Position numbers and translations under genes: made by a program. The notes below the pieces were generated by a model that saw nothing but the letters and a program-made list of their open reading frames with translations, did not search any database and was not told where the DNA came from. A stretch of 64,000 nucleotides of DNA from Capsulimonadaceae bacterium. Lineage in GTDB: Bacteria > Armatimonadota > Armatimonadia > Armatimonadales > Capsulimonadaceae. The stretch lies in NCBI GenBank assembly GCA_965215505.1, contig OZ244065.1, positions 5,920,001-5,984,000 on the forward strand, written 5' to 3'. Below are positions 29,056-37,997 of the stretch, piece by piece. How positions within the stretch are numbered: position 1 is the first letter of the stretch; each line of letters begins with the position of its first letter.

Positions 29056-29170
29056 CGGTAGTAGTTCTCCTCTGAAAGAGAGCTTGTTTCCATTGCTCAT
29101 CCCTCATTGTATCACACTCCGCGGGCTTTGAGAAGGGGGAGCGGCCCGAATGCCGGAAACGGCACCGGTT

Positions 29171-31327
29171 TCAGGCCGCCTGGCGGAGCGCCGCCTCGCC
29201 ATTCCCGGTGTCCTCCCTCCCCATGCCCTCGCGCATGAGGCTGACGAACAGGGGGGCGAGTGAGGGATCGAACTGCGTCCCCGCCCCGCGCGCGACTTCG
29301 CCCAGGGCCGTCTCCCAAGACAGCCCTTTCCGGTACGGGCGGTCGCTGGTCATGGCGTCGAACGTGTCGGCCAGGGCGAGGATGCGGGCCAGGAGCGGGA
29401 TCTGTTCGCCCGCCAGCCCGTCCGGGTAGCCGCCGCCGTCCCACCGCTCGTGGTGGTGGCGGACGCCCGGCAGGGCGGCGGCGAGTTTGGGGGCTTTGCG
29501 GACGATGACTTCGCCCAGGGCGGGATGCGTCTCCATGACCCGGCGCTCTTCGTCGTCCATCCGGCCCGGCTTCTTGAGGATGGCGTCGGGCACGCCGATC
29601 TTGCCGACATCGTGCAGGGTGCCGGTCATGTGGACCAGGGCGACCTCGTCGGCGGTCAGGCCCGCCCGGCCTGCCAGGGCGACGGCGTATTCCGCGACGC
29701 GCTGGGAGTGACCCTGGGTGTAGGGGTCTTTGGCGTCCACGGCGGCGGCCAGCGCCTGGATCGTGGGGAGGCTTTCGTCCTTCAGGAAGCGATGGAGCTG
29801 GTAGGGGTCGGCACCAGCGTCCGCGCCCGGCACGCTGTCGAAGCGGCAGACGCGGTCGCGCCCGAGCTGCTTGGCGCGTGAGACGGCAAGTTCGGCGGCC
29901 AGCACCAGGCCTTCCCCCTCCGCCGTGTGGGTGCCGAACTCGGCGCAGCCGATGCTGAGTGTCAGGCCGTGGTCCAGCCCGGCGACGGCCGCCCGGATCA
30001 TCTCCGCCAGGGCCTCCGCCTGTGCCAGATCGCGCTGCGGCAGCAGGACGGCGAACTCCTCGCCGCCGTACCGGGCCGCGACCGCGACTTGAGGCATGCA
30101 GGCTTGGAGCGTCTCGGCCACGTCACGCACCGCCAGGTCGCCCGCTGCGTGGCCGTGCCGCTGGTTGTACTGCCCGAAGTGGTCCAGGTCCAGCAGGAGT
30201 AGGGACAGGCGCTCGCCGGAGTGCGCGCAGCGCCGAGCCTCCTGGTCGAGCCGCTCCTGGAACCGGCGGTGGTTGTCCAGGCCGGTCAAGGGGTCCGTGT
30301 CTATCAGGGCCAACAGGCGTTCCTGGCTGCCGCGCAGGGACGCCGTCATCTCATTGAACACGGTCTGGAGCAGTCCGATCTCATCGGCCCGGCGGACCTC
30401 GAAACGGGCGGGCCACTCCCCCCGGCGCAGCGTCTCGGCGGCCTCGACGACACCTCCAAGGGGGCGGGTCAGGCCGCGCGCGAGGAACGCACCGCCGGCC
30501 AGGGCCAGCAGCAGCGTCAGGGCGGAGGCGGCGAGGAACGCCAGCAGGCATCGGTGGTAGAGCGCCATCGCCGGCCCATAGGGGCGCAGGGTGACGAACC
30601 CCATGCCGGCCTTGGGGTCGGTGTCGGGGAGCGGCGCGTAGAGGGCAAAGTAGCGGGTGCCGTTCAGCACCACCACCGTGGGCGTGCGGGGAGTCGGCAA
30701 GGTGGGGGGCAGCGGGCAGGAAGCGCCCACGACTTTGCCGTGGTAGAGGAACGCCACATCGGTTCCTAATGAGGCGCGCAGGTGTACGGCCACGGCGGGG
30801 TCAATGGCGCGGTAGGCGGTGAAAGTCCCCCACGGATAGGCGTGGATCTGCACCGGTACGCAGACGGCCAGCACGAGCCTCCCCCCCCGCGCGACGATCC
30901 CCTGCCATTCACGGTTGTCTATTGCGGCGGCGACCCCAGCATCGGCGCTCATGTCCGTCCCCGCGCGTAGCCCCCCCCCGGCGTCGGCCAGGACATGCCC
31001 GTCAAGGTTGGTCACGATGATCTCGTCCACGCCCAACTTCTGCCGGTAGCCGCGCAACTCGTATAGCACGGTCGCCGGATTATTGGTGCTGATCGCCGCC
31101 CGCAAGACCGGCAGATTGGTGATCAGGCGGGACTGGTCGCGCAGGACGGAGGTCCGCTCGCGCATGAGCTGGCCCAGTACGCCGCCGGTCGTGCGGACGT
31201 CCGCCTGCACGGCCCGGCCCACCTCGCGGGACACGAGGACGGTGAAGGCGAGCAGGATGACGGACACCAGGCCGACCGCCGTGCCGGCGACGAGCAGGAG
31301 GATCTTGGCGCGCAGACTCAGTTTCAT
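29171..31327 (-). CDS. Membrane sensor (Cache-like, HAMP) - GGDEF - HD-GYP c-di-GMP enzyme
   Basis: Two TM segments; DEIG HAMP; DPLTGL, ARYGGEEF, HDVGKIG and HHERWDGGGYP motifs. Confidence 0.92.
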   Translation of the reverse strand: MKLSLRAKILLLVAGTAVGLVSVILLAFTVLVSREVGRAVQADVRTTGGVLGQLMRERTSVLRDQSRLITNLPVLRAAISTNNPATVLYELRGYRQKLGVDEIIVTNLDGHVLADAGGGLRAGTDMSADAGVAAAIDNREWQGIVARGGRLVLAVCVPVQIHAYPWGTFTAYRAIDPAVAVHLRASLGTDVAFLYHGKVVGASCPLPPTLPTPRTPTVVVLNGTRYFALYAPLPDTDPKAGMGFVTLRPYGPAMALYHRCLLAFLAASALTLLLALAGGAFLARGLTRPLGGVVEAAETLRRGEWPARFEVRRADEIGLLQTVFNEMTASLRGSQERLLALIDTDPLTGLDNHRRFQERLDQEARRCAHSGERLSLLLLDLDHFGQYNQRHGHAAGDLAVRDVAETLQACMPQVAVAARYGGEEFAVLLPQRDLAQAEALAEMIRAAVAGLDHGLTLSIGCAEFGTHTAEGEGLVLAAELAVSRAKQLGRDRVCRFDSVPGADAGADPYQLHRFLKDESLPTIQALAAAVDAKDPYTQGHSQRVAEYAVALAGRAGLTADEVALVHMTGTLHDVGKIGVPDAILKKPGRMDDEERRVMETHPALGEVIVRKAPKLAAALPGVRHHHERWDGGGYPDGLAGEQIPLLARILALADTFDAMTSDRPYRKGLSWETALGEVARGAGTQFDPSLAPLFVSLMREGMGREDTGNGEAALRQAA

Positions 31328-31388
31328 TGCCTGTTCATTGCCTGTTCATTGCCTGTTCATTGCCTGTTCATTGCCTGTTCATTGCCTG
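31323..31388 (-). repeat. Six perfect 11-bp tandem repeats containing the start codon (CAGGCAATGAA on the minus strand)
   Basis: TTCATTGCCTG at 31323, 31334, 31345, 31356, 31367 and 31378. Confidence 0.95.
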
Positions 31389-31392
31389 CTTA

Positions 31393-31977
31393 CTACTTCC
31401 GAACGAGCGCCAGCGCCAGCGGGGCCGGCTTGTCGCCGACGGTGATAGTCTGGGTGAGAACGGCCCCGCTCTCGTGCCAGCCGTGCAGGGTGTAGGTCCC
31501 CGGCGGCACGTTCGGCATTCGGAACCGGCCCTGCGCGTCCGTGACCGCATAATAGGGGGTGTCCACGACCATGATGTAGGCGCTCATGTCCGAGTGGACG
31601 TTGCAGAGCAGGACGACCAGGCCGGTCTTGTCGAAGGTGATGGACTTGGTCGCGCCGCGCGGGTACATGCCCAGGTCGAACTTCTTCGCCTGGAAGTAGG
31701 CGAAGACGTTGTGGAAGATGGTGTCGTCGTTGGGAAAGCGGACGGTCGTGCCGCGCGTCACGACCAGGACGTGCGGCAGGAACATCTTGTCCCGCTGGTC
31801 CACGACCGCGTGCGGCAGTGGCGGTGCGGGGACGCTGCCCTCCAGATAGACGACGGCTTCGCGCGCCGCGCCGTGCGGCAAAGTCACTCTGCCGGTGAGT
31901 CCTGCGGCGCGGGCCGGGAGCATGGGAGCGGCGGAAAGGCCGACCAACAGACAAAGCAGTGTGATCAGTGAGCGCAT
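31393..31977 (-). CDS. Secreted cupredoxin-like / carboxypeptidase-regulatory-like protein
   Basis: Signal peptide; FPNDDTIFHNVF, CNVHSDM and VPPGTYTL motifs. Confidence 0.8.
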   Translation of the reverse strand: MRSLITLLCLLVGLSAAPMLPARAAGLTGRVTLPHGAAREAVVYLEGSVPAPPLPHAVVDQRDKMFLPHVLVVTRGTTVRFPNDDTIFHNVFAYFQAKKFDLGMYPRGATKSITFDKTGLVVLLCNVHSDMSAYIMVVDTPYYAVTDAQGRFRMPNVPPGTYTLHGWHESGAVLTQTITVGDKPAPLALALVRK

Positions 31978-32015
31978 TAGGAGTGTGCCTCTCGGGTTGC
32001 CCGGTATTTGTTCTG

Positions 32016-32043
32016 TTATCGGCAATCGGCCCGGCGCGCTTTA
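32016..32043 (-). promoter_or_regulatory. Sigma28 (FliA/WhiG)-type promoter
   Basis: Minus strand reads TAAA-N16-GCCGATAA. Confidence 0.7.
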
Positions 32044-32084
32044 GGCCCCTAACGAGCGCCCCCGCTGCCGCCATAATGGGACAC

Positions 32085-33113
32085 ATGAAACAAGCGGACA
32101 AACAGGCGGGCGCCTGGCGGAGGCCGAGGTCGCTGCGGCGCGCGTCGGCGCTGATACTCGGGCTGCTCTGTGCGGGCGGCGCGGCCCATGCCCAGATGCC
32201 GACGGCGCAGGGGACGACCGTCGGGGAGCTGGACCTGGACCTGCGGGCGCGGATCGCCGCCGTCGGCCATTCGGGGGATGAGCTGCACGCGACCACGTTG
32301 CGCCTGGGGACGGAACTGGGGCAGGGTGTCCGTTTCCGCACTTATGGGGCGGACCGGTACGGAACACTCGCCGCCCAGGAGGCGGTCGTGGAGAAGGAGT
32401 GGGGCGGGAACGCGGGCCGCGCCCAGGCGGGCCTGGTCCGGCTGCCGTTCGGCATCTACGACCCGCGCGAAACCTACGCCTCGGGCCTGATCGACTACCC
32501 GCTGGCGCGCGGCGACTATTACACCCACTCCGTGGACTGGGGGGTGCCGGGCGTGGCGTGGAGCGGTGGTCCGCCGCAGTTGCAGGTGGAGGCGGCGGGG
32601 TTCAGCGGGCGCGGGACGGGGATCTGGGACAACCAATCGCTGGTCCGTGGGGTCGCGGCGCGGGCGCAGACCTATTCCGGGGGCGCGATCTTCGGACTCA
32701 GCCGCTGGGACGGGGCGCTGCAAGACCCTACGGCGACGCCGGCCATCCAGTCCGTCCACATGACGGGTCTGGACCTGCGCTACACGAAGACCCAACTTCT
32801 CGTCCGGGGCGAGTACCTGCTCGGGACTCTGGCTGGCGACCACATGAGCGGCTGGTATGCGGACGCCTACTACCGACTCCCAGGGCATGAGCATTGGAGC
32901 CTGGTGGGCCGCCTGGAGCGCCTCAAGCCGGGGAGCGACTATGCCGAAAGCCGTCAGGTCACGCTGGGGGTGCGGTGGGTCGCGACGCGCGACTGGACCC
33001 TGGCGGCCAACTGGCGTCACAACAACGGGCGCGTCTACTCGCCCAACTGGAACCCAGCGGCCCCCAAAGGCGGCGATGTTTTACTGCAAGCCTACCGCCG
33101 CATCAACTGGTAA
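32085..33113 (+). CDS. Putative outer-membrane beta-barrel (porin-like) protein
   Basis: Signal peptide ending AHA; alternating beta-strand pattern; C-terminal aromatic residue (W). Confidence 0.6.
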   Translation: MKQADKQAGAWRRPRSLRRASALILGLLCAGGAAHAQMPTAQGTTVGELDLDLRARIAAVGHSGDELHATTLRLGTELGQGVRFRTYGADRYGTLAAQEAVVEKEWGGNAGRAQAGLVRLPFGIYDPRETYASGLIDYPLARGDYYTHSVDWGVPGVAWSGGPPQLQVEAAGFSGRGTGIWDNQSLVRGVAARAQTYSGGAIFGLSRWDGALQDPTATPAIQSVHMTGLDLRYTKTQLLVRGEYLLGTLAGDHMSGWYADAYYRLPGHEHWSLVGRLERLKPGSDYAESRQVTLGVRWVATRDWTLAANWRHNNGRVYSPNWNPAAPKGGDVLLQAYRRINW

Positions 33114-33188
33114 GGGGATGAACGCAAAAACGCCCCCGACAACAGCGTGTGCTGTCGCCGGGGGCGTTTTCTGTTCAGGCGGCCTCAG

Positions 33189-33262
33189 CGGGGATGACGG
33201 GACTTGAACCCGCGGCCTCTGCCTTGACAGGGCAGCGCTCTAACCAATTGAGCTACACCCCC
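33189..33262 (-). tRNA. tRNA-Asp(GUC)
   Basis: Canonical cloverleaf GGGGGTG...CTGTCAA...CATCCCCG; no encoded CCA; TTGACA/TATATT promoter at 33288-33317. Confidence 0.95.
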
Positions 33263-33334
33263 AGGGAATGCGGCCCGAACGTAGAAGAATATACCTCAAT
33301 CGGCGTGCGGGTGTCAAGGGGCGTGGCGACTTTT

Positions 33335-34270
33335 TTAGGGAGGCGTCAGGAGCATCACGGCGCGGCGGACCGCCCCCTCGACCGGCGACTGGAGGGGCGG
33401 CGTCATCTCCGCGAGCGGGGCGAAGCGACGCAGGGAGCGGGTGAAGACGTCGGCCACGAAGTCGCCCGCGTTCCAAAGCCCGCCGATGGGGGCGACCGGG
33501 AACGGCGTCCCGGCATCGGCGAAGAGCCGCCTGGTGACGCCGTGGGCGAGGTGTGCCAGCGTCCCGCCCGCCCGCATCAGGATGGCGCGGGCGACGGCGT
33601 CGTCGTCTTCCTCGGCGGCGGCGGCGACGGTGCGGGCCAGCCCCGCGATCTTCACGCGGGTCAGCCCCCCGCCGTAGACGCCGGGGATCAACTCGGCAGG
33701 GTCGGACAGGCCCAGCCCTTCCAGGATGCGTCCGCTCAGGCTGGTCGGCTCGCCGGTGCCGTCGGCAGCATGCAGGACGGCGGCGAGGGCGGCGCGGCCC
33801 ACGCCGTAGCCGCTGCCGCCGTCATCAATGAGGTAGCCGTAGGCCCCGGCCTTGTGGCGTTCGCCCGCCGCGTTCTCGCCATACGCCGCCGAGCCGGTCC
33901 CCGCGATGACGATCACGCCCGGCCTGCCCCCGGTCGCCCCGGTCAAGGCGATGGCGTAGTCCGGCTCGACGGCGACACGGGCTTGGGGGAAAGCAGACAG
34001 AAGACCGGCCCGAAACTGGTCCCGGCGCAGTGTGAAGGATACGCCCGCGACGCCCGCGCAGAGGGCGGAAACATCGTCGCGGCCCTGTCCTGCTTCCCTC
34101 AGCGCCAGATCGGCCGCTGTTAGGGCCGTGGTCAGAGCCTCGGACGGCGGGACGGCGGCCAGGTTGCAGGCCCCCACTTGTCCCCGCCCGATGATCTCGC
34201 CCGACGAAGTGGCGGCGGCGACGCGGGTCTGCGTCCCGCCGCCGTCCAGCCCGAGGACGAGGCCGGTCAT
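33335..34270 (-). CDS. BadF/BadG-family sugar (N-acetylglucosamine-like) kinase
   Basis: LGLDGGGTQT, VIAGTGS and DDGGSGY motifs. Confidence 0.88.
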   Translation of the reverse strand: MTGLVLGLDGGGTQTRVAAATSSGEIIGRGQVGACNLAAVPPSEALTTALTAADLALREAGQGRDDVSALCAGVAGVSFTLRRDQFRAGLLSAFPQARVAVEPDYAIALTGATGGRPGVIVIAGTGSAAYGENAAGERHKAGAYGYLIDDGGSGYGVGRAALAAVLHAADGTGEPTSLSGRILEGLGLSDPAELIPGVYGGGLTRVKIAGLARTVAAAAEEDDDAVARAILMRAGGTLAHLAHGVTRRLFADAGTPFPVAPIGGLWNAGDFVADVFTRSLRRFAPLAEMTPPLQSPVEGAVRRAVMLLTPP

Positions 34271-34896
34271 TCGGCCAGCCCTGCCAGATGGCTGGTGTCG
34301 TTCAGGAACAGGACGCGGCTGTCCCCCGGCTTGTGAAAGTCGAGGCGGCTCAGGGAGGCGTTGTCCAGGTGCAGGCACAGGAGGGTGGGGAGGGCGGCCT
34401 GCAAGGCTTCCAGGACCAGCGCGCGGCCGGACCCGCCGTGCCCGACCAGCAAGACGGTTTCTTCCGGGCCGGGGTGCGCGGCCAGGACGCGGCGCAGGAC
34501 GGTGGACAGCCGCTCCTGCACCTGCGGCCAGGTCTCGCCGCCGGGGACGAGGGCCTCAAGGTCGCGGGCGACATGATACCGGTGCCACAGGTCCGGGTAG
34601 TCCCGCTCCAGGTCGGCCTGGTTCAGCCCCTCCCAGTCCCCGAAGCCCTTCTCGCGCAACTCCGGCACCGTCTGGACCGTCAGCCCGTGCCGGGCGGCGG
34701 TCGGCGCGGCGGTCCGGGCGGCGCGGGACAGGTCGCTGGTGTAGACGGCGTTAAGGCGGGTGTGAGACAGCCGGGTCGCCAGCGCCTCGGCCTGCGCCAA
34801 GCCCTTCGCGCTGAGGGGGATGTCGGTCCAGCCTTGGACGCGGCGGATGGCGTTCCATTCGGTTTCGCCGTGGCGGGCCAGTAGAATACGGGTCAC
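34267..34896 (-). CDS. Histidine phosphatase family protein
   Basis: RHGET, SDLSRA, LRE.GFGDWEG and VGHGG motifs. Confidence 0.9.
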   Translation of the reverse strand: MTRILLARHGETEWNAIRRVQGWTDIPLSAKGLAQAEALATRLSHTRLNAVYTSDLSRAARTAAPTAARHGLTVQTVPELREKGFGDWEGLNQADLERDYPDLWHRYHVARDLEALVPGGETWPQVQERLSTVLRRVLAAHPGPEETVLLVGHGGSGRALVLEALQAALPTLLCLHLDNASLSRLDFHKPGDSRVLFLNDTSHLAGLAE

Positions 34897-35016
34897 GTTC
34901 GCTCCCTGTCGGTTTGCTGCGAGAAGTGTACCCGGCGGTGATGGAATTCTGATGCCCGCTGTTGACAAAACCCGCCGTATCTGCTACAATGGTCCTGTCG
35001 GTGTTTGGAACCAGTC

Positions 35017-35093
35017 CGGGGTGTAGCACAGTTGGTTAGCGCGTGAAGCTGGGGGCTTCAAGGTCGCAGGTTCGAGTCCTGTCACCCCGACCA
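35017..35093 (+). tRNA. tRNA-Pro(GGG)
   Basis: CGGGGTG...CACCCCGACCA; promoter TTGACA (34962)-N17-TACAAT; terminator at about 35110-35146. Confidence 0.93.
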
Positions 35094-35161
35094 TTTTCAG
35101 ACGACGGCAAAAGCGGCGAGAGGAATGCTCCTCTCGCCGCTTTTTCGTGTCGGGTTCGGTG

Positions 35162-35548
35162 TCAGCCGCGCCTGACCTGGACATAGGGCGACTGCTGCTC
35201 GACGCGGCGCAGGCGCTCGTCCGTCCGCTCTAAAGTCTGGTCGAAGGACACGTCAAAAGAGGTGGCCGTGTCGCGGAGCTGGGCGAGCTGGGCGTTCAGC
35301 GCGGCGACCTCGGCGGCCAGCGCCCGAGGGTCCGTGCGCGGCAGGGGCAGCGGGCGGCCCAGCAGCAGGGAGGCCGCCTGGCGGCCGAGGGCGCGCGCGC
35401 CCGTCAGCAGCGCGGTCCATCCCCAGCCCAGGGCGGCGACAAGCAGGAGCAGGACCATCGGGAACGTGCTGAAATGGTTCTCACCCAGCCATAGATGGTC
35501 GATCAGCGCGCCGAGGCTGATCCAGAAAACGGCCCTCCAGGCTTTCAT
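35162..35548 (-). CDS. Hypothetical membrane protein with coiled-coil tail
   Basis: AAGGAG SD; TM segments followed by heptad-like sequence. Confidence 0.65.
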   Translation of the reverse strand: MKAWRAVFWISLGALIDHLWLGENHFSTFPMVLLLLVAALGWGWTALLTGARALGRQAASLLLGRPLPLPRTDPRALAAEVAALNAQLAQLRDTATSFDVSFDQTLERTDERLRRVEQQSPYVQVRRG

Positions 35549-35562
35549 GCGGACTCCTTCTT

Positions 35563-36240
35563 CTACGGTCGGGCGATGGCGGGGCCGCCCGACTGGGCGG
35601 GGGACGCGGCGGGGGCGCTGACCGGGTGGCAGGCGGTTTCGGCCCAGGTGCCGTTCCATTCCAGGCGTCGTGCGGCCAGCTTCGCCGTTTCCTTGCCTTC
35701 GAACCGCTCGATGATGGCGAGGGCGAGGTCAAGCCCCGCCGAGATGCCCCCGCACGACATGATCGTCTTGCCGCTGCTGACCACGCGGGAGCCTTTGACG
35801 ACTTTGATGGCCGGATACGCCTTCGCCATCGTCTCCAGGTGGGACGCATGGGTGGTGATCCGGTGGCCGTCGGCAAGGCCGGTCTTGGCGAGGATGTACG
35901 CGCCCGTACTGACCGAGGCGATCACCTCGGCCGAGTCGCTCGCTTTCCGCAGGAACTCCATCACATGAAGTGGCAGGTTCTCTTTGCGCGAGCCTGGCCC
36001 GCCGGGGATGATGATGATGTCGGCCTCGAAGGCTTCGGCCAGAGACTTGTCGGGCAGGATGCAGAGCTTGTGCGCGCACTGAACCGTCGCCCGCCGGTCC
36101 GCGACGGTCTGGACGTGGAACGCCGGTTTCTCGCTCCATCGCCCGTCCACGACGCGGCGGCAGGAGGCCAGCACCTCGTAAGGCCCGCAAAAGTCGAGTT
36201 CGTCCACCCCTTCATACAGCAGCACGTCCACAGTTCTCAT
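35563..36240 (-). CDS. DJ-1/PfpI family protein
   Basis: ELDFCGPYEV, IIPGG, ASVSTGA and GGISAGLD motifs. Confidence 0.85.
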   Translation of the reverse strand: MRTVDVLLYEGVDELDFCGPYEVLASCRRVVDGRWSEKPAFHVQTVADRRATVQCAHKLCILPDKSLAEAFEADIIIIPGGPGSRKENLPLHVMEFLRKASDSAEVIASVSTGAYILAKTGLADGHRITTHASHLETMAKAYPAIKVVKGSRVVSSGKTIMSCGGISAGLDLALAIIERFEGKETAKLAARRLEWNGTWAETACHPVSAPAASPAQSGGPAIARP

Positions 36241-36352
36241 CGTTGAATGCCTCTTGATGCCTTGCCGCGTCCCGCCGGAGCCGGTCAGACTCCGCCGGAT
36301 GCTGGTGAATACCGGACCTCGCCAGCAAGATCATCCCCTTCCAGCCTCGCCT

Positions 36353-37054
36353 TCAGCGCCAGAAACGCAGCAGGGACTCGAAGACCGCGCGGCCGTCGCC
36401 CGAGCCGAGGGCCGGGTCGGCGGCCCGCTCCGGGTGCGGCATCAGGCCGAGGACGTTAAAGCCCTCGTTGGCGATGCCGGCGATGTCGTCCCGCGAACCG
36501 TTCGGGTTCGCGCCGTCCGTCGGCACCCCATCCGCCATTTCTTCCGGGTGCGTGTACCGAAACAGGACCCGGTTCTTCGCCTTCAGCTCTTCGAGCGTGG
36601 CGTCGTCGCAGACGTACTTGCCCTCGCCGTGCGCGACGGGGACTTGCAATATCTGTCCCGCCGTGAGCGCGTTCGTGAAGGGCGTGTCCGTGTTCTCGGC
36701 GCGCAGGTGGACCTGCTTGCAGACGAACTTCTGGTTGTCGTTGCGGAGCAGCGCGCCCGGCAGCAAGTGGGACTCGCACAGCACCTGGAAGCCGTTGCAA
36801 ATGCCCAGGACCAGCCCGCCACCCGCCGCGAACTCCTGCGTGGCCGCCATGGCGGGCGCGAACCGCGCGATGGCCCCGCAGCGCAGATAGTCGCCATAGG
36901 AAAAGCCGCCCGGCACGACGACGCAGTCCACGCCCTTCAGGTCCGCGTCCTGGTGCCACAAATACTCGGTCGGCTGGCCCATGACGTCTTTAAGCGTGTG
37001 GTAGGCGTCCTGATCGCAGTTGGAGCCTGGAAATTTGATCACGCCGAATTTCAC
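36353..37054 (-). CDS. purQ: FGAM synthase glutaminase subunit
   Basis: [25 protein letters not shown] and MPHPER motifs. Confidence 0.96.
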   Translation of the reverse strand: MKFGVIKFPGSNCDQDAYHTLKDVMGQPTEYLWHQDADLKGVDCVVVPGGFSYGDYLRCGAIARFAPAMAATQEFAAGGGLVLGICNGFQVLCESHLLPGALLRNDNQKFVCKQVHLRAENTDTPFTNALTAGQILQVPVAHGEGKYVCDDATLEELKAKNRVLFRYTHPEEMADGVPTDGANPNGSRDDIAGIANEGFNVLGLMPHPERAADPALGSGDGRAVFESLLRFWR

Positions 37055-37290
37055 GCGACCACCTCATAGCGGTAGTCCTCGATGACCGGGTTCGCCAGCA
37101 GCTTGTCGCACATCTCGCGAATCTGCGTGTCCATCTCCGCCCCGTCCGCCACCGTCATCTCCACATACTTGCCGATCCGCACCTGCTCCACGCCGCCGTA
37201 GCCGAGCTGCTGCAAGGCCCCCTGGACCACCTTGCCCTGCGCGTCCAGCAGGGACGGCTTGAGCGTCACATAAACCTTGACCTGCACCAT
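37051..37290 (-). CDS. purS: FGAM synthase subunit PurS
   Basis: [15 protein letters not shown] and [10 protein letters not shown] motifs. Confidence 0.95.
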   Translation of the reverse strand: MVQVKVYVTLKPSLLDAQGKVVQGALQQLGYGGVEQVRIGKYVEMTVADGAEMDTQIREMCDKLLANPVIEDYRYEVVA

Positions 37291-37320
37291 TACTTCTCCC
37301 GTTCGTTTTTGCAAATTTCG

Positions 37321-37737
37321 TTATTTTTTGTACACCGTGTACGTCATTTCGGAGGCCACCCCACCTGATTTGTTCAGCAGGTGAATGACATGGGCGTGAA
37401 GTGTCGCGGTGTCCAGTGGCGTGTAATCATAGTTGACCAGCAGAATGTTCGACCGGCGTGGCTTCCACAGCTTTGCCGTAAAATGGGACACGCGACACCT
37501 GCCGGAGGCGACGACCGCCGCAACGGGAGGTGCCGGGCGTGTTCCTGACGTAGAGGGGGCGATGTGTTCCATGATGTGGTAAATGTGCCCGACTCGCCAT
37601 GGAAGGGGGGAGTAAGTCGTCATCCCCGACCATGGGAACAACGGCTGGCTCATTTGTGCCTCTAGCGGACGACAAAAACAAAATACCATCAGGATGACGG
37701 CTGCCCACCTAAGTCCGAATGTCTCCCTACTTCTCAT
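37321..37737 (-). CDS. Hypothetical, possibly exported protein (lower GC)
   Basis: Signal-like N-terminus; ATGA overlap with the upstream HicB-like ORF. Confidence 0.45.
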   Translation of the reverse strand: MRSRETFGLRWAAVILMVFCFCRPLEAQMSQPLFPWSGMTTYSPLPWRVGHIYHIMEHIAPSTSGTRPAPPVAAVVASGRCRVSHFTAKLWKPRRSNILLVNYDYTPLDTATLHAHVIHLLNKSGGVASEMTYTVYKK

Positions 37738-37898
37738 GCCTGCATCTCTGCAACGGCCGCTTTGTATTCGGAAATCGCTTCGCGAATGTTGTCCAGTGCC
37801 TCCTGCCTCGTCTCGCCCTGGGACCAGCAGCCCGGCAGAGCCGGACAGGAAACGCTGTAGCCTTCCTCTGATTTGAGCAGCATCACTCGGTAAAGCAT
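37734..37898 (-). CDS. Short HicB-like antitoxin domain (54 aa, not in the ORF track)
   Basis: MLYRVMLLKSEEGYSVSCPALPGCWSQGETRQEALDNIREAISEY... Confidence 0.8.
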   Translation of the reverse strand: MLYRVMLLKSEEGYSVSCPALPGCWSQGETRQEALDNIREAISEYKAAVAEMQA

Positions 37899-37997
37899 GG
37901 CGACGACCTATCTTCCTTCATGGGGGCGTTCTATGCAACCACCTGTGCAGTCATTATACCATTGATTGCCAAGACGTGCCAGAGGCCGCTTGGTTCA

